Shown: positions 9,199 through 19,043 of the stretch, in pieces
Layout of the letters: the number at the start of each line of letters is the position of its first letter
Numbering within the stretch: position 1 is the first letter of the stretch
Source: an uncultured virus (IMG/VR IMGVR_UViG_3300046747_000190)
Taxonomy: Duplodnaviria; Heunggongvirae; Uroviricota; Caudoviricetes
IMG/VR virus record: IMGVR_UViG_3300046747_000190
Strand: one strand, 5' to 3'
DNA: 64,000 bases
The notes under the pieces: model-generated
Database searches by the model: none
What the model was told of the DNA's origin: nothing
What the model saw: only the letters and a program-made list of their open reading frames with translations
Program-made: the position numbers and the translations under genes

Positions 9199-9683
9199 TG
9201 CCGAGCAACCGGGAGCTGAAAGAACAGGCCGAGGCGCTGGGCAAAGAGCTCGGCGTCGAGGTCCAAACCTCTGGGCTCGCGAATGCCGATCTCGGCAAGC
9301 TCGTCGAGAGTCTCGAGGCGCAGCGGGGCGAGAAGACCGCCCCGTCCGGACTGGGAACGCCTTCGCCGGAACCGCCAGGTCCCGTCGAGGTCGTGAACAA
9401 GCCGGGTCCGCGTCCTCCGTCGCCCCCTGTCCGGGTCGCCCGGATCGACGGCGCGGACGACGGGTCCCTCGGGGGCCCGCCGAAGCCCAAGGGCAAGAGG
9501 CGGGAGCCGCCGACGTTCCCCTACTACGTGGCGAAAGGCCATTCGCTCGTCTGCGCGAAAGGGTCGATCGATCAGTACGAAGAGATTCGGGTCCGTGACA
9601 TCGGACTCGCCTCTCCGGAGGCGAACGCCAAGCACCTCGCACACCTGATCGAACGCGGGATCGTCGTCAAGACGGATCCCTGA
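9198..9683 (+). CDS. Hypothetical protein, gpFI-like position
   Basis: TGATG-coupled start (MPSNRELKEQAEALG); Pro-rich linker; C-terminal HLIERGIV. Confidence 0.7.
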   Translation: MPSNRELKEQAEALGKELGVEVQTSGLANADLGKLVESLEAQRGEKTAPSGLGTPSPEPPGPVEVVNKPGPRPPSPPVRVARIDGADDGSLGGPPKPKGKRREPPTFPYYVAKGHSLVCAKGSIDQYEEIRVRDIGLASPEANAKHLAHLIERGIVVKTDP

Positions 9684-9695
9684 GGCGCTGACGCC

Positions 9696-10082
9696 ATGGG
9701 CCTCCGCGATCAAGCGGCGGCGGATCTCAAGTTCATCCTCGAGGACTCCGCCGCCGGCTTTGGCTGGCCGATCACGGTCGTGGATCCATTCGGGAGCCAG
9801 GCCGATCTGATCGGGTACTCGACCGACATCGCCGAAACGATCGACGCGAGCACCGGGCTCGCGGTGAGCGGGCGAGAGGCGGCCGTCACCGTCGCGATGG
9901 CGTCGCTCAAGGCGGCGGGATTCGACGAGCTGCCGCGGAACGTGCCGGAGAAGACGACGCGCCCGTGGTGCGTGATCTTCAACGACATCGCCGGGGCTTC
10001 CTACAAGTTCAAGGTGAGCGAATGTCGACCTGACCGGGTGATCGGCGCCATCCTTCTCATCCTCGAGGCCTACGAGGCATGA
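9696..10082 (+). CDS. Head-tail connector / head closure protein
   Basis: 128 aa, beta-rich, neck position. Confidence 0.6.
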   Translation: MGLRDQAAADLKFILEDSAAGFGWPITVVDPFGSQADLIGYSTDIAETIDASTGLAVSGREAAVTVAMASLKAAGFDELPRNVPEKTTRPWCVIFNDIAGASYKFKVSECRPDRVIGAILLILEAYEA

Positions 10083-10762
10083 CGCCGCAGATCGCCGAGC
10101 TCATCGAGGGCACTGACAACTTCGAGATCATCCGCGACCAGATTGCAGCGATCCTGGTGCTCGAATCGACCGCGCAGCAGGCGCTCGCGACGGCCGCCGC
10201 CAAGGATTCTGGACTCTGGAAGCTCCGCGTGTTCGCCGAGCGCTCGAATCCCATCGAGGCGTTTCAGGCGGAGACCAAGCAGGCGGACGGCACGCCGGTC
10301 GTCAATGTGTGGTTCGACAACGCGTCCTTTGACGCCTCGTCCAGCAATACGGTCGAGCGACAGAAGGCAACCGGGACGTTCAACGTCGACTGCTACGGCT
10401 ACGGCATCACGGCCGACGACGCCGGCATCGGTCACCAGCCCGGCGATGAGAAAGCCGCGCTCGAGGCGCACCGCGCGCTTCGCCTCTGTCGCCGCATCTT
10501 GATGGCGGGCACGTACACGTACCTCGGGCTGCGTAAGACCGTGTGGAAGCGATGGACGCAGAGCGTCACCGTCTTCCAGCCTCAGATGGACGGCCGCCCG
10601 GCGCAGCACGTGGTAGGCGCGCGCCTCGCGCTCGCCGTGGACTTCAACGAGTTCTCGCCGCAGTTCGCCGGCAGCCCGTTCGAGACCGTCACCGTCGCGC
10701 TCAAGCGCAAAGAGACGGGTGAGATTTACCTCACGGCCGAATACGGCAGTGAAGATTCCTGA
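10079..10762 (+). CDS. Tail terminator / completion protein
   Basis: ATGA-coupled; immediately upstream of the sheath gene. Confidence 0.6.
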   Translation: MTPQIAELIEGTDNFEIIRDQIAAILVLESTAQQALATAAAKDSGLWKLRVFAERSNPIEAFQAETKQADGTPVVNVWFDNASFDASSSNTVERQKATGTFNVDCYGYGITADDAGIGHQPGDEKAALEAHRALRLCRRILMAGTYTYLGLRKTVWKRWTQSVTVFQPQMDGRPAQHVVGARLALAVDFNEFSPQFAGSPFETVTVALKRKETGEIYLTAEYGSEDS

Positions 10763-10788
10763 CACCAGAAAACCGGAGAAAAGAAACC

Positions 10789-12264
10789 ATGGACGCCTCA
10801 GTAGTGGCCCGAGTGCTCGGAATCGCCACCAGCTTCCAGGACATGCGCGCCGGTGGCGTGCTGTTCCTGCCGCAACGCATCGCGATCTTCGCCCAAGGGG
10901 CAAGCGCCTCGGTCTACGCAACGACGAAGGCCCAGATCACCAGCCACCCGCAGGCCGGAGGGCTCTACGGCTATGGGTCGCCCATCCACCTGATCGCCCG
11001 AGAGCTCTTCCCGGACAACGGGGACGGCGTGGGAACGGTCCCCGTCACCGTCTACCCGCTCGAGGACGCCTATGAGGCGGTCGCGGCAACGGCGACGATC
11101 ACTCCGGTAGGCGTGGTGACGAAGTCGGCGTCGTTCCGCGTGAGGATGGCGGGCATCCTGTCCGAGCCCTTCGTCGCAAAGACGACCGATTCGATCGCGC
11201 AACTCTGCACGAAGATCACCGCGGCGATCGTCGCCGTGCTCGAGCAGCCGATGATTCCATCGGACGATACGACGACCGTGGGCCTCGTCGCGAAATGGGC
11301 AGGGGCGAGCGGCAACGGCATCGTGCTCGAGATCATCGGGGATACGACCCTCGGCCTCACCTTCACGCTCGTGCAGCCGAACGGGGGACTGCTGAACCCG
11401 GACCCGACCGCCGCGCTTGCCGAGGTCGGAAACGTCTGGGAATCGATGGCGATCAACGGCGCTGACATCGCCGATACCGACGTCCTCGACGCCTTCCAGA
11501 CCTGGGGCGAAGGCCGATGGGGCGAGCTGGTTCGGAAGCCCCTCGTCGTCTTCACCGGAAACACGCTCTCGGACGAGACGAGCGCGACGTCGGTCTGCTC
11601 CGGCAGGCGCGAGGATCGCATCAATTCGCAGCTGGTCGCGCCTGGCTCGGTGAATCTGCCGTGCATGGTGGCCGCCCGGCAACTCGCGCGGATCGCGAGG
11701 GTCGCGAACAACAACCCGCCCGTCGACTACGGCGCTCAGCAGGCGACAGGGCTGCTCCCTGGCTCTGACGGCGCGCAATGGGACTTCGCAACGCGCGACG
11801 TAGCCGTGAAGGCTGGCAGCTCGACCGTCGAGGTCAGTGACGGCATCGTCGAGATCAGCGACGTCGTGACCTTCTACCGGCCGACGGGCGACCCGTTGCC
11901 CGCTTACCGCTTCGTCGTCGACATCGTGAAGCTCCAGAATATCATCTTCAATCTGGACCTCATCTTCGCCGCGCAGGAATGGGCGGGGGCCCCGCTCATC
12001 CCCGACGACCAGCCGACCGTGAACCCGGCGGCGCGGAAGCCGAAGACGGCGAAGACGGCCATCTCGGCTGTGCTCGATGACCTCGGCCTACAGGCGATCA
12101 TCAGCGACCCGAAGACGGCGAAGAAGAATACCACTGCGGTGATCAATTCGCAGAACCCGAAACGGCTCGACATGGTCGTGCCCGTGCAGCTCTCGGGGAA
12201 CACGAACGTGAAGGCAGTGGATCTCCGCTTCGGATTTTTCTTTGGGGCCGCGACCGCCGCCTGA
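10789..12264 (+). CDS. Tail sheath protein (Mu gpL-like)
   Basis: LPQRIAIFAQG, YGYGSP, LVAKWAGASGN, C-terminal QNPKRLD; 491 aa. Confidence 0.92.
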   Translation: MDASVVARVLGIATSFQDMRAGGVLFLPQRIAIFAQGASASVYATTKAQITSHPQAGGLYGYGSPIHLIARELFPDNGDGVGTVPVTVYPLEDAYEAVAATATITPVGVVTKSASFRVRMAGILSEPFVAKTTDSIAQLCTKITAAIVAVLEQPMIPSDDTTTVGLVAKWAGASGNGIVLEIIGDTTLGLTFTLVQPNGGLLNPDPTAALAEVGNVWESMAINGADIADTDVLDAFQTWGEGRWGELVRKPLVVFTGNTLSDETSATSVCSGRREDRINSQLVAPGSVNLPCMVAARQLARIARVANNNPPVDYGAQQATGLLPGSDGAQWDFATRDVAVKAGSSTVEVSDGIVEISDVVTFYRPTGDPLPAYRFVVDIVKLQNIIFNLDLIFAAQEWAGAPLIPDDQPTVNPAARKPKTAKTAISAVLDDLGLQAIISDPKTAKKNTTAVINSQNPKRLDMVVPVQLSGNTNVKAVDLRFGFFFGAATAA

Positions 12265-12361
12265 GCGCGTCGCTTTCACACCAAACAGAACGTGAGGGCT
12301 TTGCCGCGTAATCGTGCGGCCGGGCCGAGGTGCGCCGCGCGCGCAGAAAACGAGGATCGCT

Positions 12362-12748
12362 ATGGGAGCAGCAGTAGGCGGATCGATCGAATCGATCTCT
12401 TTGAAAGGTCGACTTTTCCCCGTTGCCGCGGACGCGGACGCGGGACGGAACCTCGGGGGCTTTACCAATGAGGTGCAGGCCAACGGGGATGGCACGGCGC
12501 GCCTCGTCAAGAAGCGCATGCCATGGAAGCTTGGCGGGCTCGATGTCGAGATCAACGACGACCGCGCCGATCTCGAGTTCCTTCAGGAGATCTCTGACGG
12601 GCTGGAGTTCGTCCCGATCTCGATCACCCTGGCGAACGGCAACACCTACCAGGGCAAGGGCACAATCACCGGCGACGTCGAGAGCAGCACGGAAAAGGCG
12701 ACTGCCGGCATCACGCTCGAGGGGCCGCAGACACTCGAGGCGCAGTAG
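12362..12748 (+). CDS. Tail tube protein
   Basis: ATG after GAGG; follows the sheath; ITLANGNTY.G.G...I.LEG as in Mu-type tubes. Confidence 0.85.
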   Translation: MGAAVGGSIESISLKGRLFPVAADADAGRNLGGFTNEVQANGDGTARLVKKRMPWKLGGLDVEINDDRADLEFLQEISDGLEFVPISITLANGNTYQGKGTITGDVESSTEKATAGITLEGPQTLEAQ

Positions 12749-12756
12749 ACGCGCCG

Positions 12757-13485
12757 TTGCAGATCTGGGAAGGCATTTACCCGAGCTTCGACGCGGCCGG
12801 TGGTAACACCGGCACGTGGTGCGAATCCCTCTGGGTGGACCGGTCAAAAGAGAAGGCGCTCCGCATCCTCGGCGGAGCGAGTTCCTCGTGCGACTACTGC
12901 ATCCCGAGCATCGCAGCATTCGTCCAGGCCAAGAAGCAGCACATCCGCATCCTGGAATTCGGAGGAAGCGTCGGGCTCAGTGTCCGAGCCATCGTCGAGG
13001 CGCTGGCCGATCGCGACGCGGTCGAGATCCACATCATCGACAATGAGAACGTCTGCGCGGCAGGCCGAGAGGTATTCAAATGCGATCCGCGGGTCTTCTT
13101 CCATACCCGCATACCGGACGGCATGCGCTTCGATCTAGCGCACTGCGGGAGCTCGATCCAATACGTGGAGAACTGGTCGGAGGTCGTGCGCCAGCTCGTT
13201 AGGTCCGCTCCGGATTTCTTGGTCTTCGACGACGTTCCAGCCGGCGACATTCCGACCTTCGTCAGTCTCCAGGCGTACTACGGCAAGACGATCCCGCACT
13301 GGTTTTTCAATCTCGGCGAGTTCATAGACACCGTGGAGTCAGTCACCGGCTACCAGCTCCGCTACGAGGCTCGCTACGTGGGGACCTTCCTCGGTAAGCA
13401 TGGTCCTTTCCCGATGCAGAACTTCCCCGAGGATCACCGCATCGAGAACGCCCACAACCTGGCCTTCGCCCGCCCCGCCGGATGA
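12757..13485 (+). CDS. Class I SAM-dependent methyltransferase (TIGR04325/LIC12133-like, glycan-locus type)
   Basis: RILEFGGSVG SAM-binding motif, GSSIQYVENW, FVSLQAYYGKTIPHWFFN. Confidence 0.8.
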   Translation: MQIWEGIYPSFDAAGGNTGTWCESLWVDRSKEKALRILGGASSSCDYCIPSIAAFVQAKKQHIRILEFGGSVGLSVRAIVEALADRDAVEIHIIDNENVCAAGREVFKCDPRVFFHTRIPDGMRFDLAHCGSSIQYVENWSEVVRQLVRSAPDFLVFDDVPAGDIPTFVSLQAYYGKTIPHWFFNLGEFIDTVESVTGYQLRYEARYVGTFLGKHGPFPMQNFPEDHRIENAHNLAFARPAG

Positions 13486-14189
13486 GCACGACCCTGGCAG
13501 CGCTCGCGACCGTGCCGGCGCGGGCCCACTTGCTCGCACGCGCCCTCGCGTCGCTCCGCCCTCAAGTCGACGTCCTCGCCGTTTACCTGAATGGCTTTCG
13601 AGAGGCGCCGAGGAGCGTGCTGGAATTCTCGGATCGATACGTGCTCGATCCGGAGAACGCTGGAGCCGAGTGCAAGCTGCACTGGGCGGACCGGCACGAG
13701 GGTCTCTATTTCTCATGTGACGACGACTTCGCCTATCCGGACGACTACGTCGTCACGATGACGGCGGCGATCCGACAATGGGCCGGGCGGGCCCTCGTCA
13801 CGGCGCACGGCCGGCAGTATGTCGAACGCCCCGGGAGCGTGCACGATGTCGTCCCGAACAGCGTCGGCATCGTCCATCAGCGCGTCAAGCAAGGCCGATG
13901 GGTGAACCACGGCGGCAGCGGCGCGATGGCCTGGGATGCGCGGGAGCTCCGGCTTCCAACGAGATGGCCGGAACGCAACCTCGTCGACATGCAGATCGCC
14001 GTCTGGGCGCAAGAGAACGCCGTCCCCATCTGGCTCGTGCCGCACCGTGTCGGCTGGATCGATTCGCTTGCCACGCTCGATCCGAATGGGCTCTTCCGGG
14101 CGTCACGCGCGGAAGGCCATCGACGGCGGAACGCTCTGGTGTCCCGCCACGGCAGTGAACGCGGTTGGAAGCTTCACGAGGCCCATTGA
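13482..14189 (+). CDS. Glycosyltransferase, GT-A fold
   Basis: ATVPAR...L.SLRPQVD...VYLNG; FSCDDDFAYP (DxD). Confidence 0.8.
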   Translation: MSTTLAALATVPARAHLLARALASLRPQVDVLAVYLNGFREAPRSVLEFSDRYVLDPENAGAECKLHWADRHEGLYFSCDDDFAYPDDYVVTMTAAIRQWAGRALVTAHGRQYVERPGSVHDVVPNSVGIVHQRVKQGRWVNHGGSGAMAWDARELRLPTRWPERNLVDMQIAVWAQENAVPIWLVPHRVGWIDSLATLDPNGLFRASRAEGHRRRNALVSRHGSERGWKLHEAH

Positions 14190-15280
14190 TCCCACTCTTC
14201 AAGGTGCACATGCCGGAAGCAGCGATCGCTCCACTGAGCGAAACGCTGCTCTCCGGCTTCATTGGCGAAGGGCCACGGGTAAAAGAGTTCGAGGCACTGC
14301 TCGCGGCTCGCATGGGCAACCCGTATTGCCTCGCGCTGAACTCGTGCACGAGCGCCATTCAGCTGGCTCTTCGGCTGGCAGGAGTCGGGCCGGGCGACGA
14401 CGTCGTCTCCACGCCGATGACGTGCACGGCCACGAACGAGCCGATACTCGCAGCCGGCGCGCGCATCGTCTGGGCGGACGTCGACCCGGAAACGGGCAAC
14501 GTCTCGGCCCGTTCGATCGCCGAGCGAATCACGGCGAGCACGAAGGCAATCGTCGTCGTGCACTGGGGCGGGCTGCCGGTCGACCTCGGGGAAATCTACG
14601 CGGTCGCGGACCGCCGCGGCATAAAGGTCATCGAGGACGCCGCTCACGCGCTCGGAGCTGAATACCAAGGCGTTCCGATTGGCTCTCACTCAGACTTCGC
14701 ATGCTTCTCGTTCCAGGCCATCAAGCACATCACGACAGGAGATGGTGGCGCGCTCTTCTGCAAGTCCGAAGCCGACTACCGGCGAGGCAAGCTCCTACGC
14801 TGGTACGGGATCGACCGCGAGGCGCCCCGCGCTGACTTCCGCTGCGAGGCCGACATCGCCGAGTGGGGCTACAAATTCCACATGAACGACATCGCCGCGA
14901 CGCTCGGGATCGCGCAGCTGTCGTTCCTTGACCTGCTCCTGGCGCAGCGTCGCGATCTCGCCGACTACTACGATCGCGAACTAGAAGGCGTGCCCGGCGT
15001 CATGCCGGCGAAGAAGCCGGTGAACAGGGTTTCCGCTCACTGGCTCTACACGCTCCGAGTCGAGCGCCGCGCCGCTTTCATGGCCGCCATGACGGCCCGA
15101 GGAATCGCAGTCTCGCAGGTGCATGCCCGGAACGACAAGCACACGATGTTCGCAGCCTCGAGAACCGATCTGCCGGGAGTCGACGCTTTCACCCGGGACA
15201 TGGTCTGCATCCCGCTCGGCTTTTGGGTGGGGACCGAGGAACGCAAGCAGATCGTGGCCGCCATTCGCGATGGCTGGTGA
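14186..15280 (+). CDS. DegT/DnrJ/EryC1/StrS PLP-dependent sugar aminotransferase
   Basis: IPLFKVHM start (TTG overlapping upstream TGA), NSCTSA, VVHWGG, IEDAAHALGA, FSFQAIKHITTGDGG (PLP Lys). Confidence 0.95.
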   Translation: MIPLFKVHMPEAAIAPLSETLLSGFIGEGPRVKEFEALLAARMGNPYCLALNSCTSAIQLALRLAGVGPGDDVVSTPMTCTATNEPILAAGARIVWADVDPETGNVSARSIAERITASTKAIVVVHWGGLPVDLGEIYAVADRRGIKVIEDAAHALGAEYQGVPIGSHSDFACFSFQAIKHITTGDGGALFCKSEADYRRGKLLRWYGIDREAPRADFRCEADIAEWGYKFHMNDIAATLGIAQLSFLDLLLAQRRDLADYYDRELEGVPGVMPAKKPVNRVSAHWLYTLRVERRAAFMAAMTARGIAVSQVHARNDKHTMFAASRTDLPGVDAFTRDMVCIPLGFWVGTEERKQIVAAIRDGW

Positions 15281-16541
15281 AACTCTCGCACGCTGGGACG
15301 TGCTGAACGAGCTGCTCGAGACGTCCGACCGCGGGCGCTTCCTCGAGATCGGCGTCCAGGCTGGCGTTTGCGGCTCGCGGATCCGAGCCCGCGAAAAATG
15401 GGGCGTCGACCCGGAACCTCGCGCGCTCGCCCGCACGAAGTACGCGCGATTCTTTCAATGCACGTCGGACGAGTTCTTCGAGGATCTTCCAGCCAAGGAG
15501 ACGTTCGACGTCGTTTTCATCGACGGCCTGCACCATGCCGAGCAGACGATGCGGGACGCCGAGCACGCGCTCAAGCACCTCGCGCCCGAGGGTGTCATCG
15601 TGCTCCACGATTGCAACCCGCAGACGGAACTCGCGCAACGCGTTCCACGTGAAACCGGGGTTTGGAACGGCGACTGCTGGAAGACGCTCGTCCGGCTCCG
15701 GCAGCGCCAGGATCTCCAAGCCTTCACCATCGACGCGGATCACGGCCTTGGCATCGTCGTCCGGGCGCCGAACCCGGAACCGCTTCGAGAGGTCCCAGCC
15801 GTCCTGACCTATGCGACGCTCGAGCGTGACCGTGAGCGGCTTATCGGGCTTGTGCCACCGGTTGGCTGGGCGGAAAGGATCGCAGCGCTCCGGCTTGGTC
15901 GCTTGGTAGTCGTCTCCGCCATCCTCGGCGGTCGTGACGCCCCGATGGGCGCCCCGACGCACGACGTCGACGAATACCTGATGTTCACCGACGGCCCGGC
16001 GCCACCCGGGTGGACCACGGAACGGCTGCCGACCTCCGACGACCCGCGACGCGCTGCCCGCCGGATCAAGACTCTTCTCCTTGATCTCGTTGACGCCGAC
16101 CTCGTCGTCTGGGTCGACGGACGGATCAAGCCCACCGGCGTGCCGCTCCGCCCGCTGATACGCCGCGCGCTCCGGAATGCGGACGTTGCCGGCTACCCGC
16201 ATCCCTGGCGGACCTGTGCCTACCAGGAGGCCCGCGAATGCGCCCGGCTCGGGCTTATCAGCCACGCCGAGGCGGACGCGCAGGCGGCGGCTTACCAGGA
16301 AGACGGCCACCCGAGCGGCGCGGGCCTATGGAACACGATGGTACTGGCGCGGCGCCGCTCTGATTCGATGGTCGAGTTCGGTCGCGCGTGGTGGCACGAG
16401 GTCTCGACCCGCACGATCCGGGACCAGATTTCCTTTCCCTACCTGCTCCGGAAGTTCGGGATCGAATGCGGACGGCTCGGGGCGGACGTCTATCGAGCCC
16501 AATCGAGCCGCGAATTCTTGCGCGGGAAGCACCTCCAATGA
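15270..16541 (+). CDS. Fusion of methyltransferase (Methyltransf_24-like) and glycosyltransferase (DUF616-like)
   Basis: N-half FLEIGV, TSDEFF, FDVVFIDGLH, VLHDCNP; C-half SAILGGRD, VWVDG, HPWRTCAYQE, RDQISFPY. Confidence 0.88.
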   Translation: MAGETLARWDVLNELLETSDRGRFLEIGVQAGVCGSRIRAREKWGVDPEPRALARTKYARFFQCTSDEFFEDLPAKETFDVVFIDGLHHAEQTMRDAEHALKHLAPEGVIVLHDCNPQTELAQRVPRETGVWNGDCWKTLVRLRQRQDLQAFTIDADHGLGIVVRAPNPEPLREVPAVLTYATLERDRERLIGLVPPVGWAERIAALRLGRLVVVSAILGGRDAPMGAPTHDVDEYLMFTDGPAPPGWTTERLPTSDDPRRAARRIKTLLLDLVDADLVVWVDGRIKPTGVPLRPLIRRALRNADVAGYPHPWRTCAYQEARECARLGLISHAEADAQAAAYQEDGHPSGAGLWNTMVLARRRSDSMVEFGRAWWHEVSTRTIRDQISFPYLLRKFGIECGRLGADVYRAQSSREFLRGKHLQ

Positions 16542-17278
16542 ATCTCAGGCTCGGCGTCGTGACCTGCCAGCCTGGACTCGCAGCCGCCGCGGTGCGCCTC
16601 GCCGCCGATCGCGCGAGCGGCAGGCTCCCGGTCGACATCTTCTTCAACGGCTGCGAACCGTCCGGATCGTTTCACCGTGCGCTTACGTCGACCGAGAACG
16701 TCGGACAGACGCTCGGGATGCACGGGCTCTGGAAGGAGTACGGCGAGCACGAACCGGACGATCTCCTGGCGCTCATCCACGACGATTTGCTGATTCTCGA
16801 GCAGGGATGGGACGACCAGGTCAGGCAGGCATTCTCGGATCCAGACGTCCTCCAGGTCGGCTTCGCGGGCGCTCGCTCGATCGTGATGAAGGGCGCGCAA
16901 ATGATGCGCCGTGACTTCGTTTGCGCGATGACGGACGCGGAGAAGCACGGAGATCGCGCGACCGCTCCCACGCGGGTCGCGATGCTCGACGACCTCGCGA
17001 TCGTCTTTCGCATGAGCTTCCTCGACGACCTCGGCGGCTTCGACTGGTGGCCGTACCCAACTCATTGGCAGGCCTTCGCCCTCGGGCTCGAAGTCGCGCG
17101 CCGCGGGAAGTCGACATGGATGGTGCCGGTGCATTGCGTGCACCTCGGTTACCAGACCTCGAAAACGGCCGCCTACGATGCGCTCGCTCAGAAGTACGGC
17201 GGCAAGGACGAGGTGCTCGCCGGTGGACATCGGAAGCTCTGCGCGGACTATGGGCGCCTCCTGCCGCTGAGCGTCTAG
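16538..17278 (+). CDS. Glycosyltransferase, GT2-like
   Basis: ENVG, LALIHDDLLI (DxD-like), VGFAG, LGGFD, C-terminal HLG. Confidence 0.78.
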   Translation: MNLRLGVVTCQPGLAAAAVRLAADRASGRLPVDIFFNGCEPSGSFHRALTSTENVGQTLGMHGLWKEYGEHEPDDLLALIHDDLLILEQGWDDQVRQAFSDPDVLQVGFAGARSIVMKGAQMMRRDFVCAMTDAEKHGDRATAPTRVAMLDDLAIVFRMSFLDDLGGFDWWPYPTHWQAFALGLEVARRGKSTWMVPVHCVHLGYQTSKTAAYDALAQKYGGKDEVLAGGHRKLCADYGRLLPLSV

Positions 17279-17282
17279 CCCG

Positions 17283-18251
17283 ATGCGCGAAATCTTCCGC
17301 GCCAGCACGGCCGCGCTCGCCGAGCCGCTCCGCGGTCTCCGCGTGCTGCTCTACGGGTTCAGCGGAAAAGGCTTTCCAGGTGGCGATGGGGTCGCCGAGG
17401 CGGTGGAGAGCCTGCCCCTCCTTGGGCTCGAGGCCGTTTACACTCATGCGCTAGATCCCCTGCTGCCTGGAAAGCTCTCCCGCTCCTACGACGTCGCCAT
17501 CATCTGCAACACCCGGATCGGCGCCCTTCTCGCGGCGCCGCGCCGGCTTTGGCGGTGCGCACTGATCCGGGCGCTTTGGTTCTGGGATCTGCGCCCGGGG
17601 CACACGGGTGCGCCGCTCCGCGGGCTCGTCGACCATGTGTTCCTCTCATTCTCCGGGTCGTGGGCTGCGCCAGACGGCACCGTCTACGCGCCCTCTCAGT
17701 GGTCCGACGCGCTCGGCTGCCAGGTTGGCTACTGCCCGCAGGGGTCGCCTCTCAGGACCCCCATGCTGCGCCCGGACGGGCCCCGCGTGCTCTTCGTCGG
17801 GGACGTCCACAATCCGACCTACCACCGCGGTCGCGCGGACCTCTGCCAAGCGCTCGGCGCCCAGGTGCTGAACCATCGGGACCGCCCAGGGCGGCTCGCC
17901 CTGGAGGGCCGCCTCCCCGAGCTCTACCGCTCCGCGCGCTACGTCCTCTCCATGTCCCCTCGCGCTCCCGGGTATACCTCGGTGAGAACATTTTCGATAA
18001 CGGCATGCGGTGGGTTACTGCTTCTACACCGCTTTCCTGGAGCCGAGGAGGCGTTCACAGATCGCGAAAATTGCGTGATGTTCGACTCGGCCACCGAAGC
18101 AGTCGAACGGCTTGCGGAACTCGACAATGATGTGAAGGAGCGGGAGCGAATCGCTGCGCAGGGGAGACGGCTTCATGCCACACGCGACACGGTCGCCCAT
18201 CGAATACTCTCGATCTGTCGCGCGGTAACCGGGTGTGCGGGGTCGCGCTGA
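17283..18251 (+). CDS. Glycosyltransferase, GT-B fold (CgeB/Glyco_trans_1_2-like)
   Basis: VLFVG, YTSVRTFSITACGGLLL, ERERIAAQGRRL....T..HRI. Confidence 0.82.
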   Translation: MREIFRASTAALAEPLRGLRVLLYGFSGKGFPGGDGVAEAVESLPLLGLEAVYTHALDPLLPGKLSRSYDVAIICNTRIGALLAAPRRLWRCALIRALWFWDLRPGHTGAPLRGLVDHVFLSFSGSWAAPDGTVYAPSQWSDALGCQVGYCPQGSPLRTPMLRPDGPRVLFVGDVHNPTYHRGRADLCQALGAQVLNHRDRPGRLALEGRLPELYRSARYVLSMSPRAPGYTSVRTFSITACGGLLLLHRFPGAEEAFTDRENCVMFDSATEAVERLAELDNDVKERERIAAQGRRLHATRDTVAHRILSICRAVTGCAGSR

Positions 18252-18272
18252 AGCTGATAAGCTTTGCGGGAC

Positions 18273-19043
18273 ATGAGGCGACCCAGGAGCGAGCGCGCGA
18301 AAGCACAGAGGCGCGCGCTTTATGCGGCTAGAATCCACGAAGAACGCGCGAAGGATCGAGCACGCTACGCCGCTAATCCAGAGCGCAAAACAGCTCAGGT
18401 AAGAGTTTCGGAGGCGCGCAATCCGGAGCGTGTACGCAAAACCAAAAAGGCATGGAGCGACAAAAACAAAGAGACTATGCGCCGAAGCCATCGGCGTTGG
18501 GCGAAAGCGAACCCGGAAAAGGCGAGGGCTCGCGGCCGCCGGTATTACGGCAAGCATACCGAACAAGAAAAAGCCAGGGCCAAAGCGTACCGCAAGGGCA
18601 ATCCGGAACGGACGCGCGACGCCATGAATGCTTACCGCGTTGCTAATCCCGAAAGATGTCGCGCGATACAGAGAGCAGCTTGCCACCGTCGGCGGGTGAA
18701 ACTTCTAGGCTCATGTTCGCCAGGGGTGAATCCTGCCGCTTGGGCCGCGTTGGTTGAGCAATTTGGCGGCTGCTGCGCGTACTGCGGTAAGCCTGGGACA
18801 GCTGTCGATCACGTGGTCCCGATCTCAAAGGGTGGGCGAGATGAGATCGCAAACGTGCTACCTGCCTGCAAGAGTTGCAACTCCAGCAAGGGCAACAGAG
18901 ATCTTTCCACGTGGCTGGCCCGAAAGGGTTACGCCAATCCGTACCTGAGACAGTCTCATGCTGATGACTGCGATTGCATACGATGTCGAGCGCAACCTCG
19001 GCGCAGCCTATCGAGCGATCCTGTCTCGGCTGCAGCCGAATGA
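18273..19043 (+). CDS. HNH homing endonuclease
   Basis: Basic repeats ending in NPE, then CAYCG, DHVVPISKGG, NVLPACKSCNSSK. Confidence 0.93.
   Translation: MRRPRSERAKAQRRALYAARIHEERAKDRARYAANPERKTAQVRVSEARNPERVRKTKKAWSDKNKETMRRSHRRWAKANPEKARARGRRYYGKHTEQEKARAKAYRKGNPERTRDAMNAYRVANPERCRAIQRAACHRRRVKLLGSCSPGVNPAAWAALVEQFGGCCAYCGKPGTAVDHVVPISKGGRDEIANVLPACKSCNSSKGNRDLSTWLARKGYANPYLRQSHADDCDCIRCRAQPRRSLSSDPVSAAAE

Noticed and set aside
8107..9642. 511-aa antisense ORF and the 5' part of the 531-aa ORF at 8088
   Set aside because: Shadow frames of the capsid gene in high-GC DNA; only 9198-9683 of the + ORF looks like a real gene
7450..12361. tRNA genes in structured intergenic gaps
   Set aside because: Hairpins are present, but no cloverleaf with a T-loop GTTC motif and acceptor stem could be built by eye
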